A stretch of 39,315 bases of DNA from a phage: sequence record PZ445456.1; one strand, written 5' to 3'. The translations under genes and the position numbers were made by a program. The notes under the pieces were generated by a model. The model saw only the letters and a list, made by a program, of their open reading frames with translations. It did not search any database and was not told the origin of the DNA. Of this stretch, positions 32,366 to 39,315 are shown one piece after another. Position 1 is the stretch's first letter; every line of letters starts with the position of its first letter.

Positions 32366-35300
32366 GTGGATAAGTATAACCCGAACGAACCGCATGAATA
32401 TGATGCGTTATTTCAACAAGCTGCTGACACACATGGAGTCTCCTATGGCCTTCTTCGGAAGGTCGGTTGGGTAGAGTCCCGATTCAAACCTACGGCCCAA
32501 TCTCCAACAGGGCCACGAGGTGTCATGCAGTTCACTAAGGCAACTGGTCAGGCTTATGGCCTACAGTCTGATGAGGACTTCAACGACCCGGCTAAGTCTA
32601 TTGATGCTGGCGCTCGTTACCTTGCAGACCTCGTTAAGAAATACAATGGGGATGAACTCAAAGCTGCCCTAGCGTACAACCAAGGCGAGGGGCGTAATGG
32701 TAAACCTCAATTGGAAGCCTACGACTCCGGTAACTTCGCTGGCATCGGTGATGAGGGGCGCAACTATCTCCGCTCACTTCTGGATGTCGCTAAGTCTCCT
32801 AAGAGTGGTGACATTGAGTCCTTCGGTGGTATCACCCCAAAGGGTAAAGGGATTCCGTTCGATGCTGCTATGAGTGGTATCGGGAAGAAAGGAAAGGTAA
32901 CTACAGAACTCCCTGAGTCTCACTCAATGTCCTTTCAAGGTAAAGAACAGGCCGCTCCCAATCAGCCGTTCGGAAAAGACTATTGGGAAGCAAAAGGAAC
33001 TACACTCGACGAAGCCAATGAGCGTTCAACCTTCTTCGGATTCGGTAACGCTGCTGAAGCAGAACTCTCCAACTCAACCTTGGGTGTGGCCTTCCGTGCT
33101 GGTAAGCGTGATAATGGTTTCGATGTTGTTACTGATGTACTTCAACCGACACGGTTTAACAGCCACATTTGGTCGCCTGAAGAACTCGAAAGGATTCGCA
33201 ACGAAGTGAAGAACCCGGCGTACATGAACGTAGTGCTTGGAGGTTCCTCTGAGAATCTGGATGAACTCATCAAGTTAGCCAACGAGAACTATGAGTTGGA
33301 CGCTAAGGCCGCTGATGCTGGACTTGGTGCGAAACTATCTGCTGGGATTATCGGTGCTGGTGTGGACCCTCTGACCTACGTTCCAATCGCTGGGACTGCG
33401 GCTAATGGATTCAAACTGGTGAACAAGGCGCTGATTGTTGGCGCACAGGCAGGTGCTCTTAACGTTGCCTCTGAAGGTCTGCGTACATCGGTGGCTGGTG
33501 GTGATGCTCACTACGCAGAAGCTGCCCTTGCTGGTATGCTGTTCGCTGGTGGACTGACAGCCATCGCTGACGGTGTTGCCGCAGGTCTCCGTAAGTCTGG
33601 CGCTGAACAGATTGAGAACCCGTTTGCTGCTGCACAGATGCGCTTTGAGGCTCGTGAGACTGCCCGTAACACTGGTGGACATGACGCAAGTCGAATGCCT
33701 CCTAGTGAAGACCGAGTGTTCTCACAGCACAACGGCGTTGAGTATTCACCTCTTGAGACCGAACCGGGTGCCGTAGTGTTGCGTGATGGTTCCATTATCA
33801 GTGACACCAACTTAGCTAACCCGATGACAGCCAAAGAGTTCGCCGAGGTGGACCCTGAACGTGCTGCGTGGGGATTGCCTATGCGTGGACTGAGTGAAAT
33901 CGGCTTGAGGACTTTACGTTCTGAACATGCTGAAATCCGTGGTCTCGCTAAGGACTTAGTGCGTTCACCTACAGGGATGGAGTCTGGCTCACATGGTAAG
34001 TTCGGTGCTACCGCATCTGACATCAAAGAGCGACTGCACAGTACCAACCAGCGAACCTACAATGACCTCTATGATGCAATGAAGGAAGCAATGGCTGACC
34101 CTGAGTGGTCCGTGGGTATGTTCAAGCGTGGTGCTCAAGGTGCCCGTCAGGAAATCTATCGTCGTGCTGCTATCGCTATTGAGCGTCCAGAACTTCAAGC
34201 CAACTTAACGAAGGCTGAACGTAAGGTGATGGACATCATGAAGGAACACTTCGACCTCAAGCGTGAGATGATGGAGAACCCGGCTATGTTCGGTAACAAG
34301 GCAACTTCCATCTTCCCTAACAGTCGTCACAAAGGGACTTACGTTCCTCATGTGTACTCACGGGAAGCCAAGCAGTTGTACTCACAGGCTCTTGGTGGCT
34401 CTGATGGTTTACAGGAAGCTATCGCTGCAAGCTGGATGACATCTTATCGTGCACGTCCAGAAGTTAAGGCTCGTGTTGATGAGCACTTAGCGGAGACTTT
34501 GGGTATCGACCCTAAATCTGTGACTGAAGAGATGGTGATGAAACATGCTAGAGACAAGGCTTATGGTATTGCGAAGACCGATGAGTTCAACTCTTCAAGT
34601 GTCATCGACGATAACATTGAGGGTCTCGTAGGGATTGAGAACAACTCGTTCCTTGAAGCCCGTAACCTGTTCGACTCTGACATGCCAGTCACCTTACCGA
34701 ATGGACAACAGTTCTCTGTGAATGACCTCCGTGACTTCGATATGAAGCATGTGATGCCAGCCTATGACCGCCGTGTTGATGGTGACATCGCTATCATGGG
34801 TGGTACAGGAAAGACTACTGCTGAACTCAAGGATTCCATTATGGCTCTCGATAAGAAGTCTGAAGGTAAAGGCACAATGAAAGGTGAAGTGGAGGCGCTC
34901 AAGGATACCGTTAAGATTCTCACAGGCCGTGCTCGACGCAATCAGGATACTATGGGTGACACTATGGTTCGCGCTCTGTCCGATATGTCCTTCTTCACGA
35001 AGAACGCATACATGGGCTTGCAGAACCTAACTGAAATCTCTGGTCTCTTGGCGAAGGGTAACACCCGTGCGATGCTTCATGGCATTCCTGCTCTGCGTGA
35101 CCTAGCGTTCCGTAACAAGCCAGTGTCCGGTAAGGAACTTAAGGAACTACACTCTATGGTGTTCGGTAAAGAGTTCGATGACTTAATCAGACCGACACGT
35201 CAGGACATCATTCAGCGACTCCGTGAATCTACGGATACACCTGATGTTGCCGCTAAGGTTGTTGGTACGGTTAAACACACCACTCAAGAGTTGGCTGCTC

Positions 35301-36313
35301 GCTCTCCGTTCACTAAGTTCCTAAATGGTACTTCCAACTACATTCTGGACATGGCCCGTCAAGGTGTCATGGGAGATGTGGTAACTCATGCCATTACAGG
35401 TAAGGGTGCCAACAAGTGGATTAAAGGAGACATGCTGAAATCTGCGAGTATCTCTAAGGAACAGTGGGAAGGCATTCAGAACCTCATCCGTGAGAACGTC
35501 ACTCAAGGTGCTGACGGCAAGTACACCTTCAAGGACAAGCGTAAGCTGGCTAATGACCCGCGAGCTATGGACCTGTGGCGACTGGCTGATAAGGTAGCTG
35601 ATGAAACAATGCTGAGACCACACAAGGTGTCCTTACAGGATTCCCATGCGTTTGGTGCTCCTGCTAAGTTGGTCCTTCAGTTCAAGTCTTTCGTAATCAA
35701 GTCGATGAACTCTAAGTTTATCCGCTCCGGTAACGAAGCCTTTAAGAACCATCGTGCTATGGACATGGCGCTGACCTATGCTATCTCTGGTGGCATTGCT
35801 GGCTCCTACTATGTTGCACAGGCTCACTTGAAAGCTGCTGGTCTTCCTAAAGAGCAACAGAAGGACTACTTGAAGAAAGCCCTTGACCCTAAGATGATTG
35901 CCTATGCTGCTGCGTCCCGAAGTTCACACCTTGGGTCGCCTCTGAGTATCGCAAACTTCGCTATGGGCGCTGCTGGTTATGACCAAGGTCTCATGGTCCG
36001 CTCTACGATTCTCCCGAAAGGTGAGGACAAGCGGGAACGGAACAAGGCGGTAACTTCTCGTGACATGAGTGACTCCATTATGGGTGCATTAGGTGAACAG
36101 ATTCCTGCTCTTGGATTCGCCGGGGCAACCTTTGCTGCTGGTCGAAATGCTTATGGTGTCCTTACGGCTCCTAACAAAGTGACCGAGCGTGAGATGATGA
36201 CTGGTCTGATGAACGCTCATCGTGAGATGGTTCCGAACGACCCAATCACTCAACAGATGCTCATTAAGTTCTATGAGGCTAACGGTGTTCACCTTAAGTC
36301 TGACAAGAAGTAA
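32366..36313 (+). CDS. gp16: Internal virion protein D with N-terminal lytic transglycosylase (gp16), 1315 aa, GTG start
   Basis: TAGGAGG RBS followed by a GTG start. MDKY.....(P).YD.LFQ.AAD..GVSY.LLRKV.W.ESRF.PTA.S.TGP.G.MQFTKAT ... LKAALAYNQGEGR is colinear with T7 gp16 throughout. Confidence 0.96.
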   Translation: MDKYNPNEPHEYDALFQQAADTHGVSYGLLRKVGWVESRFKPTAQSPTGPRGVMQFTKATGQAYGLQSDEDFNDPAKSIDAGARYLADLVKKYNGDELKAALAYNQGEGRNGKPQLEAYDSGNFAGIGDEGRNYLRSLLDVAKSPKSGDIESFGGITPKGKGIPFDAAMSGIGKKGKVTTELPESHSMSFQGKEQAAPNQPFGKDYWEAKGTTLDEANERSTFFGFGNAAEAELSNSTLGVAFRAGKRDNGFDVVTDVLQPTRFNSHIWSPEELERIRNEVKNPAYMNVVLGGSSENLDELIKLANENYELDAKAADAGLGAKLSAGIIGAGVDPLTYVPIAGTAANGFKLVNKALIVGAQAGALNVASEGLRTSVAGGDAHYAEAALAGMLFAGGLTAIADGVAAGLRKSGAEQIENPFAAAQMRFEARETARNTGGHDASRMPPSEDRVFSQHNGVEYSPLETEPGAVVLRDGSIISDTNLANPMTAKEFAEVDPERAAWGLPMRGLSEIGLRTLRSEHAEIRGLAKDLVRSPTGMESGSHGKFGATASDIKERLHSTNQRTYNDLYDAMKEAMADPEWSVGMFKRGAQGARQEIYRRAAIAIERPELQANLTKAERKVMDIMKEHFDLKREMMENPAMFGNKATSIFPNSRHKGTYVPHVYSREAKQLYSQALGGSDGLQEAIAASWMTSYRARPEVKARVDEHLAETLGIDPKSVTEEMVMKHARDKAYGIAKTDEFNSSSVIDDNIEGLVGIENNSFLEARNLFDSDMPVTLPNGQQFSVNDLRDFDMKHVMPAYDRRVDGDIAIMGGTGKTTAELKDSIMALDKKSEGKGTMKGEVEALKDTVKILTGRARRNQDTMGDTMVRALSDMSFFTKNAYMGLQNLTEISGLLAKGNTRAMLHGIPALRDLAFRNKPVSGKELKELHSMVFGKEFDDLIRPTRQDIIQRLRESTDTPDVAAKVVGTVKHTTQELAARSPFTKFLNGTSNYILDMARQGVMGDVVTHAITGKGANKWIKGDMLKSASISKEQWEGIQNLIRENVTQGADGKYTFKDKRKLANDPRAMDLWRLADKVADETMLRPHKVSLQDSHAFGAPAKLVLQFKSFVIKSMNSKFIRSGNEAFKNHRAMDMALTYAISGGIAGSYYVAQAHLKAAGLPKEQQKDYLKKALDPKMIAYAAASRSSHLGSPLSIANFAMGAAGYDQGLMVRSTILPKGEDKRERNKAVTSRDMSDSIMGALGEQIPALGFAGATFAAGRNAYGVLTAPNKVTEREMMTGLMNAHREMVPNDPITQQMLIKFYEANGVHLKSDKK

Positions 36314-36314
36314 T

Positions 36315-36337
36315 CAATACGACTCACTATTGGGAAG
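36315..36337 (+). promoter_or_regulatory. Phage RNAP promoter (phi17 position)
   Basis: CAATACGACTCACTATTGGGAAG. The 5' hairpin is GGGAAGGCT-cacac-AGCTTCCC. Confidence 0.88.
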
Positions 36338-36383
36338 GCTCACACAGCTTCCCTTCTATTATACCCAACTAAGGAGGTACATT

Positions 36384-38258
36384 ATGGCTCTCAAGATTCG
36401 TACCGTAATGACTTATCCGCTAACAGGTGCTGTGGACTTTGCAATCACCTTTGAATACTTAGCGCGTAAGTTCGTGACGGTAACTCTAATTGGTAAAGAC
36501 CGTAAGGAACTGGTTCTCAATCAGGACTATCGGTTCACCACTAAGACACAAATCACTACAACACGCACGTGGACGGCGGCTGACGGATATGACTCTATTG
36601 AGATTCGTCGATACACCTCCGCGACTGACCGTCTGGTTGACTTTGCTGATGGCTCAATCCTTCGTGCATATGACCTAAACATCGCACAGATTCAAACGCT
36701 TCACGTTGCTGAAGAAGCACGAGACCTCACTGCGGATACCATTGGTGTCAACAACGAGGGTCACTTGGATGCGCGTGGTCGACGCATCGTCAATGTAGCT
36801 AACCCTATAGATGATGGCGATGCAGTCAACCTGCGCTCTATCAAGCAGTGGAACGACTCCGCTCTTAACTCTGCAAACAGGGCAAAGGCTTCCGAGGAAG
36901 AAGCAAAGCGACAGACTGATTGGGCCGGACGTATGCGCAATGAGTCAGAACAGTTCCGTAACGAGGCCAATCAACACCGAGCGGTGGCTGAGTCTGCCAA
37001 GGACCAAGCAATTACCGCTAAGAATCAAGCTGAATCGGCAAGAGACCTCGCTTCAGGTTCTCGGAGTGAAGCATCAAGGTTCGCTGAAGAGTCCAACCAG
37101 TATATGTCACGGTCTAAGCAATGGGCTGTCAACCCGGTAGATGTTGTAGTCACAGATGGTGAATACTCCGCGAAGCACTGGCAGCATCATTCTAAGGTTG
37201 AGGCCGACCGCTCGAAGAGAGAGGCTGACCGAGCAACCACTGAGGCTGACAAGCTGGGAAACATGAACGCACTTGCAGGTGCCATTGAGGAAGTAAGTCC
37301 AGACCACGTTGTTTCATGGTCGGCTACAGCTAAGTTTAAAGGTGAACTCATTGCCAACCGCTCAATGACTCTTCGTGCAGCGGATGAACAGGGTGCTATG
37401 GGACAGATGGTTCACGAATATGACGACACAGTCGGACGTCATGTCTCGAATACCTATTGGGCCATCAAGCACCCACATAGAGGAGAATGGCATGTTCCCT
37501 ATAAGATTCTAAACCTACCTAACGATTCTGCGGCGTGGGAGATGCACTTCGGGGACTTAATGCGTTGTTATAATGGATTGAAGGTCGAAGGGTTTAATAA
37601 ATCACTAGATGTAACCAATCAGGCGAATACTGCCGTTCGAACGGTGGCATATGGTCCGGGCGATTTGACCCAAGGGGCGTGGGTGTGTAACACTCGTTGG
37701 AACTTCTACGATTCAGGGTTAGAAATTGGATGGGTTCGAGGTGGTTCTACGAACGGCAACGGCCTAATCCGGTGGAAGCCGGAAGGAACTCAAGCGACAT
37801 ATCATGATATTTGGCTAAACCCGGGCGGTGTGGTGCAGTTCCCCGAGAAGATTCTCGTAGGGGCGGGTGGTGCCTCCGTTGGTGTTGATGGTAATATTGA
37901 TGGCTCACTTTGGGGTGGTAATCTATACGGCTGGCTGAACAACCGCTTAGGTGATCGACCAACGTTTGCTCAAGGAGACGGGCGCTATGTTCGAAAGAGT
38001 GCTGGTTGGGCTGAAGTATGGAGTGGTTCCGCTGGTGGTGGGGTATCCGTAGGTCTCAATCAGGATGTCCGCTGGAGAACTATCTGGATTCAAACTCAAG
38101 GCAGATGGAACCCTGTTCAGATTGGGGACGATGGGGCTTACTATATCTCGTCTATGGGTGGGTGGCTACAGTTCACAATCTCAGACAACGGGAGAACTTT
38201 CCGTAACGATGCAGACAGAAGCTCTGTTCCTACGAGAATCTTGGTTCAAACCCAATAA
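36384..38258 (+). CDS. gp17: Tail fiber protein (gp17), 624 aa
   Basis: AAGGAGG RBS before ATG 36384 (the track start 36222 lies inside gp16). The N-terminal about 150 aa (FEYLARKFV.VTLIG.DRK...DRLVDF.DGSILRAYDLN.AQIQT.HVAEEARDLT.DTIGVNN.GHLDARGRRIVN.AN) and the C-terminal tip (W..VWSGSAGGGVSV...D.R.R.IWI.......GW L.F.I..NG..F.N.AD.RSVP..I.V) are T7-like. The middle is diverged and longer. Confidence 0.95.
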   Translation: MALKIRTVMTYPLTGAVDFAITFEYLARKFVTVTLIGKDRKELVLNQDYRFTTKTQITTTRTWTAADGYDSIEIRRYTSATDRLVDFADGSILRAYDLNIAQIQTLHVAEEARDLTADTIGVNNEGHLDARGRRIVNVANPIDDGDAVNLRSIKQWNDSALNSANRAKASEEEAKRQTDWAGRMRNESEQFRNEANQHRAVAESAKDQAITAKNQAESARDLASGSRSEASRFAEESNQYMSRSKQWAVNPVDVVVTDGEYSAKHWQHHSKVEADRSKREADRATTEADKLGNMNALAGAIEEVSPDHVVSWSATAKFKGELIANRSMTLRAADEQGAMGQMVHEYDDTVGRHVSNTYWAIKHPHRGEWHVPYKILNLPNDSAAWEMHFGDLMRCYNGLKVEGFNKSLDVTNQANTAVRTVAYGPGDLTQGAWVCNTRWNFYDSGLEIGWVRGGSTNGNGLIRWKPEGTQATYHDIWLNPGGVVQFPEKILVGAGGASVGVDGNIDGSLWGGNLYGWLNNRLGDRPTFAQGDGRYVRKSAGWAEVWSGSAGGGVSVGLNQDVRWRTIWIQTQGRWNPVQIGDDGAYYISSMGGWLQFTISDNGRTFRNDADRSSVPTRILVQTQ

Positions 38259-38302
38259 TGGAATACAACGAGGCCAAGGATGGCTGACACTAGGAGGACA
38301 CA

Positions 38303-38509
38303 ATGCTGTCATTAGATTTTAATAACGAGGTAGTGAAGGCTGCACCGATTGTAGGGACAGGGGTAGCCGATGGCGCTGCCCGTCTGTTCTTCGGGCTGTC
38401 ACTTAACGAGTGGTTCTATGTAGCCGCAATTGCCTACACAGTGGCTCAAATTGGTGCCAAGGTAGTCGATGTGATTATCAAATGGAAGAAGGAGGGCAAA
38501 GATGTCTAA
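38303..38509 (+). CDS. gp17.5: Type II holin (gp17.5), 68 aa
   Basis: MLSLDFNNE..KAAPIVGTGVAD..ARLFFGLSLNEWFYVA.IAYTV.QIGAKVVD is nearly identical to T7 gp17.5. Confidence 0.95.
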   Translation: MLSLDFNNEVVKAAPIVGTGVADGAARLFFGLSLNEWFYVAAIAYTVAQIGAKVVDVIIKWKKEGKDV

Positions 38510-38771
38510 CGATAAATCATTAATCCAATTCCTTGAGATGCTGGATACTGAGATGGCTCAACGTATGCTGAAAGACCTTCAGGATGACGATAAACGCACA
38601 CCTCAACTGTACAACGCAATCGGGAAACTGTTAGAGCGTCACAAGTTCCAAGTATCCAAGCTACAACCAGACCGTAACATCCTTGGTGGACTTGCTGATG
38701 GCCTTCAGGAGTATCAGAACCTAGTAGGTGACGATGGTCTCACTGAAGATGAGAAGTACACGCTGAACTGA
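38502..38771 (+). CDS. gp18: Terminase small subunit (gp18), 89 aa
   Basis: DKSLI.FLEMLDT.MAQRML.DL.D...R.PQLYNAI.KLL.RHKFQ..KLQPD..ILGGLA is colinear with T7 gp18, which has the same length. Confidence 0.95.
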   Translation: MSNDKSLIQFLEMLDTEMAQRMLKDLQDDDKRTPQLYNAIGKLLERHKFQVSKLQPDRNILGGLADGLQEYQNLVGDDGLTEDEKYTLN

Positions 38772-38775
38772 TGGA

Positions 38776-38815
38776 ATAACTCAAGGCCACTACATCTAGT
38801 GGTCTTTATGATATT
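38776..38815 (+). promoter_or_regulatory. RNase III-type processing hairpin (R18.5 position)
   Basis: ATAACTCAAGGCCACTACATCTAGTGGTCTTTATGATATT, with stem GGCCACTA/TAGTGGTC in the shared AACTCAAGG...CTTTATGAT frame. Confidence 0.65.
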
Positions 38816-38869
38816 TCAACACAACTCACGGTAACGCTACGTGAAATCTGAAAATACGGGAGGGTAGTT

Positions 38870-39315
38870 ATGCTCAAGAATTTAAAGAGCTACGCCATCG
38901 CTGTGGCCTTTGTCTTGGGGATGACCCTTGCGTACAACCACGGATATGACAAAGCTAACACTAAATGGGAACAGGAGGTGCACAATGAGTACGTTAAGAA
39001 AGTTAAGGCGACTGAGGATAAACAGGCTGCTATTAACGAAGTCTCACGACAATACCAAGAAGACCTTGCGGCGCTGGAAGGCAGCACTGATAGGGTCATT
39101 AATGATTTGCGTAACGATGGTAAGCGGCTGCGTGTCAAGCTGTCAAACACCTCACGAGAGCTCCAAGCTAACGGTGGATGCCTCGCTGATGGTCGAGCCG
39201 AACTTGACGAAGAGTTTAGTAAGCGTCTTATCGGAGTAACTCAAAGAGGGGATGCGTGGATTCGTGCGCTCCAAGATACAATAACTGAAATGCAAACTAA
39301 GAAGGAGGCTAAGTA
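38870..39315 (+). CDS. gp18.5: i-spanin (Rz-like, gp18.5); the stop codon is completed only by wrapping to window position 1
   Basis: GGGAGGG RBS. N-terminal TM, then KWEQEVHNEYVKKV ... YQEDLAALEGSTDR.I.DLR.D.KRLRV ... DGRAELD ... GDAWIRALQDTI.E.Q is colinear with T7 gp18.5. The frame ends ...GCT AAG TA at 39315, and base 1 (A) supplies TAA. Confidence 0.9.
   Translation, partial: MLKNLKSYAIAVAFVLGMTLAYNHGYDKANTKWEQEVHNEYVKKVKATEDKQAAINEVSRQYQEDLAALEGSTDRVINDLRNDGKRLRVKLSNTSRELQANGGCLADGRAELDEEFSKRLIGVTQRGDAWIRALQDTITEMQTKKEAK
38985..39239 (+). CDS. gp18.7: o-spanin lipoprotein (Rz1-like, gp18.7), embedded in gp18.5 in another frame, 84 aa
   Basis: AGGAGG lies 6 nt before ATG 38985. MSTLR.LR.LR ... 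KKTL.RWK.ALIG...ICV...SGC (lipobox) ... VD.SLMVEPNLT is colinear with T7 gp18.7. Confidence 0.85.
   Translation: MSTLRKLRRLRINRLLLTKSHDNTKKTLRRWKAALIGSLMICVTMVSGCVSSCQTPHESSKLTVDASLMVEPNLTKSLVSVLSE

Noticed and set aside
38817-38839. Promoter-like string CAACACAACTCACGGTAACGCTA upstream of gp18.5
   Set aside because: Only the AACTCAC core matches. The -4 to +3 region (GGTAACG) lacks the TA(T/A)TGGG initiation block found in all 17 accepted promoters.

Overview
The window is an essentially complete, circularly permuted genome of a T7/T3-group podophage (Autographiviridae, Studiervirinae-like). All credible genes are on the + strand. The window starts at the terminase large subunit gene (gp19) and ends inside gp18.5. 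Joining the window end to its start completes the gp18.5 stop codon and places an AAGGAGG RBS 7 nt before the gp19 ATG. After gp19 the order is: an inserted HNH endonuclease, phiOR, gp19.5, the concatemer junction (one collapsed terminal repeat plus CCTTATG heptamer arrays), phiOL, three sigma70 early promoters, and a boxA-like element. Next come the early genes (T3-type SAMase, small ORFs, split 0.7 kinase, RNAP), then class II genes (an extra 185-aa ORF, 1.1, 1.2, ligase, 1.6, 1.7, 2, 2.5, 3, 3.5, 4A/4B, 4.3, 4.7, 5, 5.5, 5.7, 5.9, 6). Class III follows (6.5, 6.7, 7.3, portal, scaffold, capsid 10A/10B, 11 to 17, holin, small terminase, spanins). I can read 17 phage-RNAP promoters (consensus TAATACGACTCACTA[T/A]TGGGAGA), a Tphi-like terminator, a TE-like terminator and five RNase III-type processing hairpins. 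Protein identifications come from my recollection of T7/T3 protein sequences and from synteny; no database search was possible. The most unusual items are: (1) a D-arm-less tRNA-like fold with a perfect T-arm at the 5' end of the phi10 capsid transcript, (2) a 185-aa TM/coiled-coil ORF between phi1.1A and phi1.1B, where the T7 primary origin lies, (3) a free-standing HNH-HTH endonuclease between terminase and phiOR, (4) gene 0.7 split into two overlapping ORFs, and (5) a junction heptamer array using CCTTATG instead of the T7 CCTAAAG. No CRISPR array, rRNA, canonical tRNA, integrase or transposase was seen.
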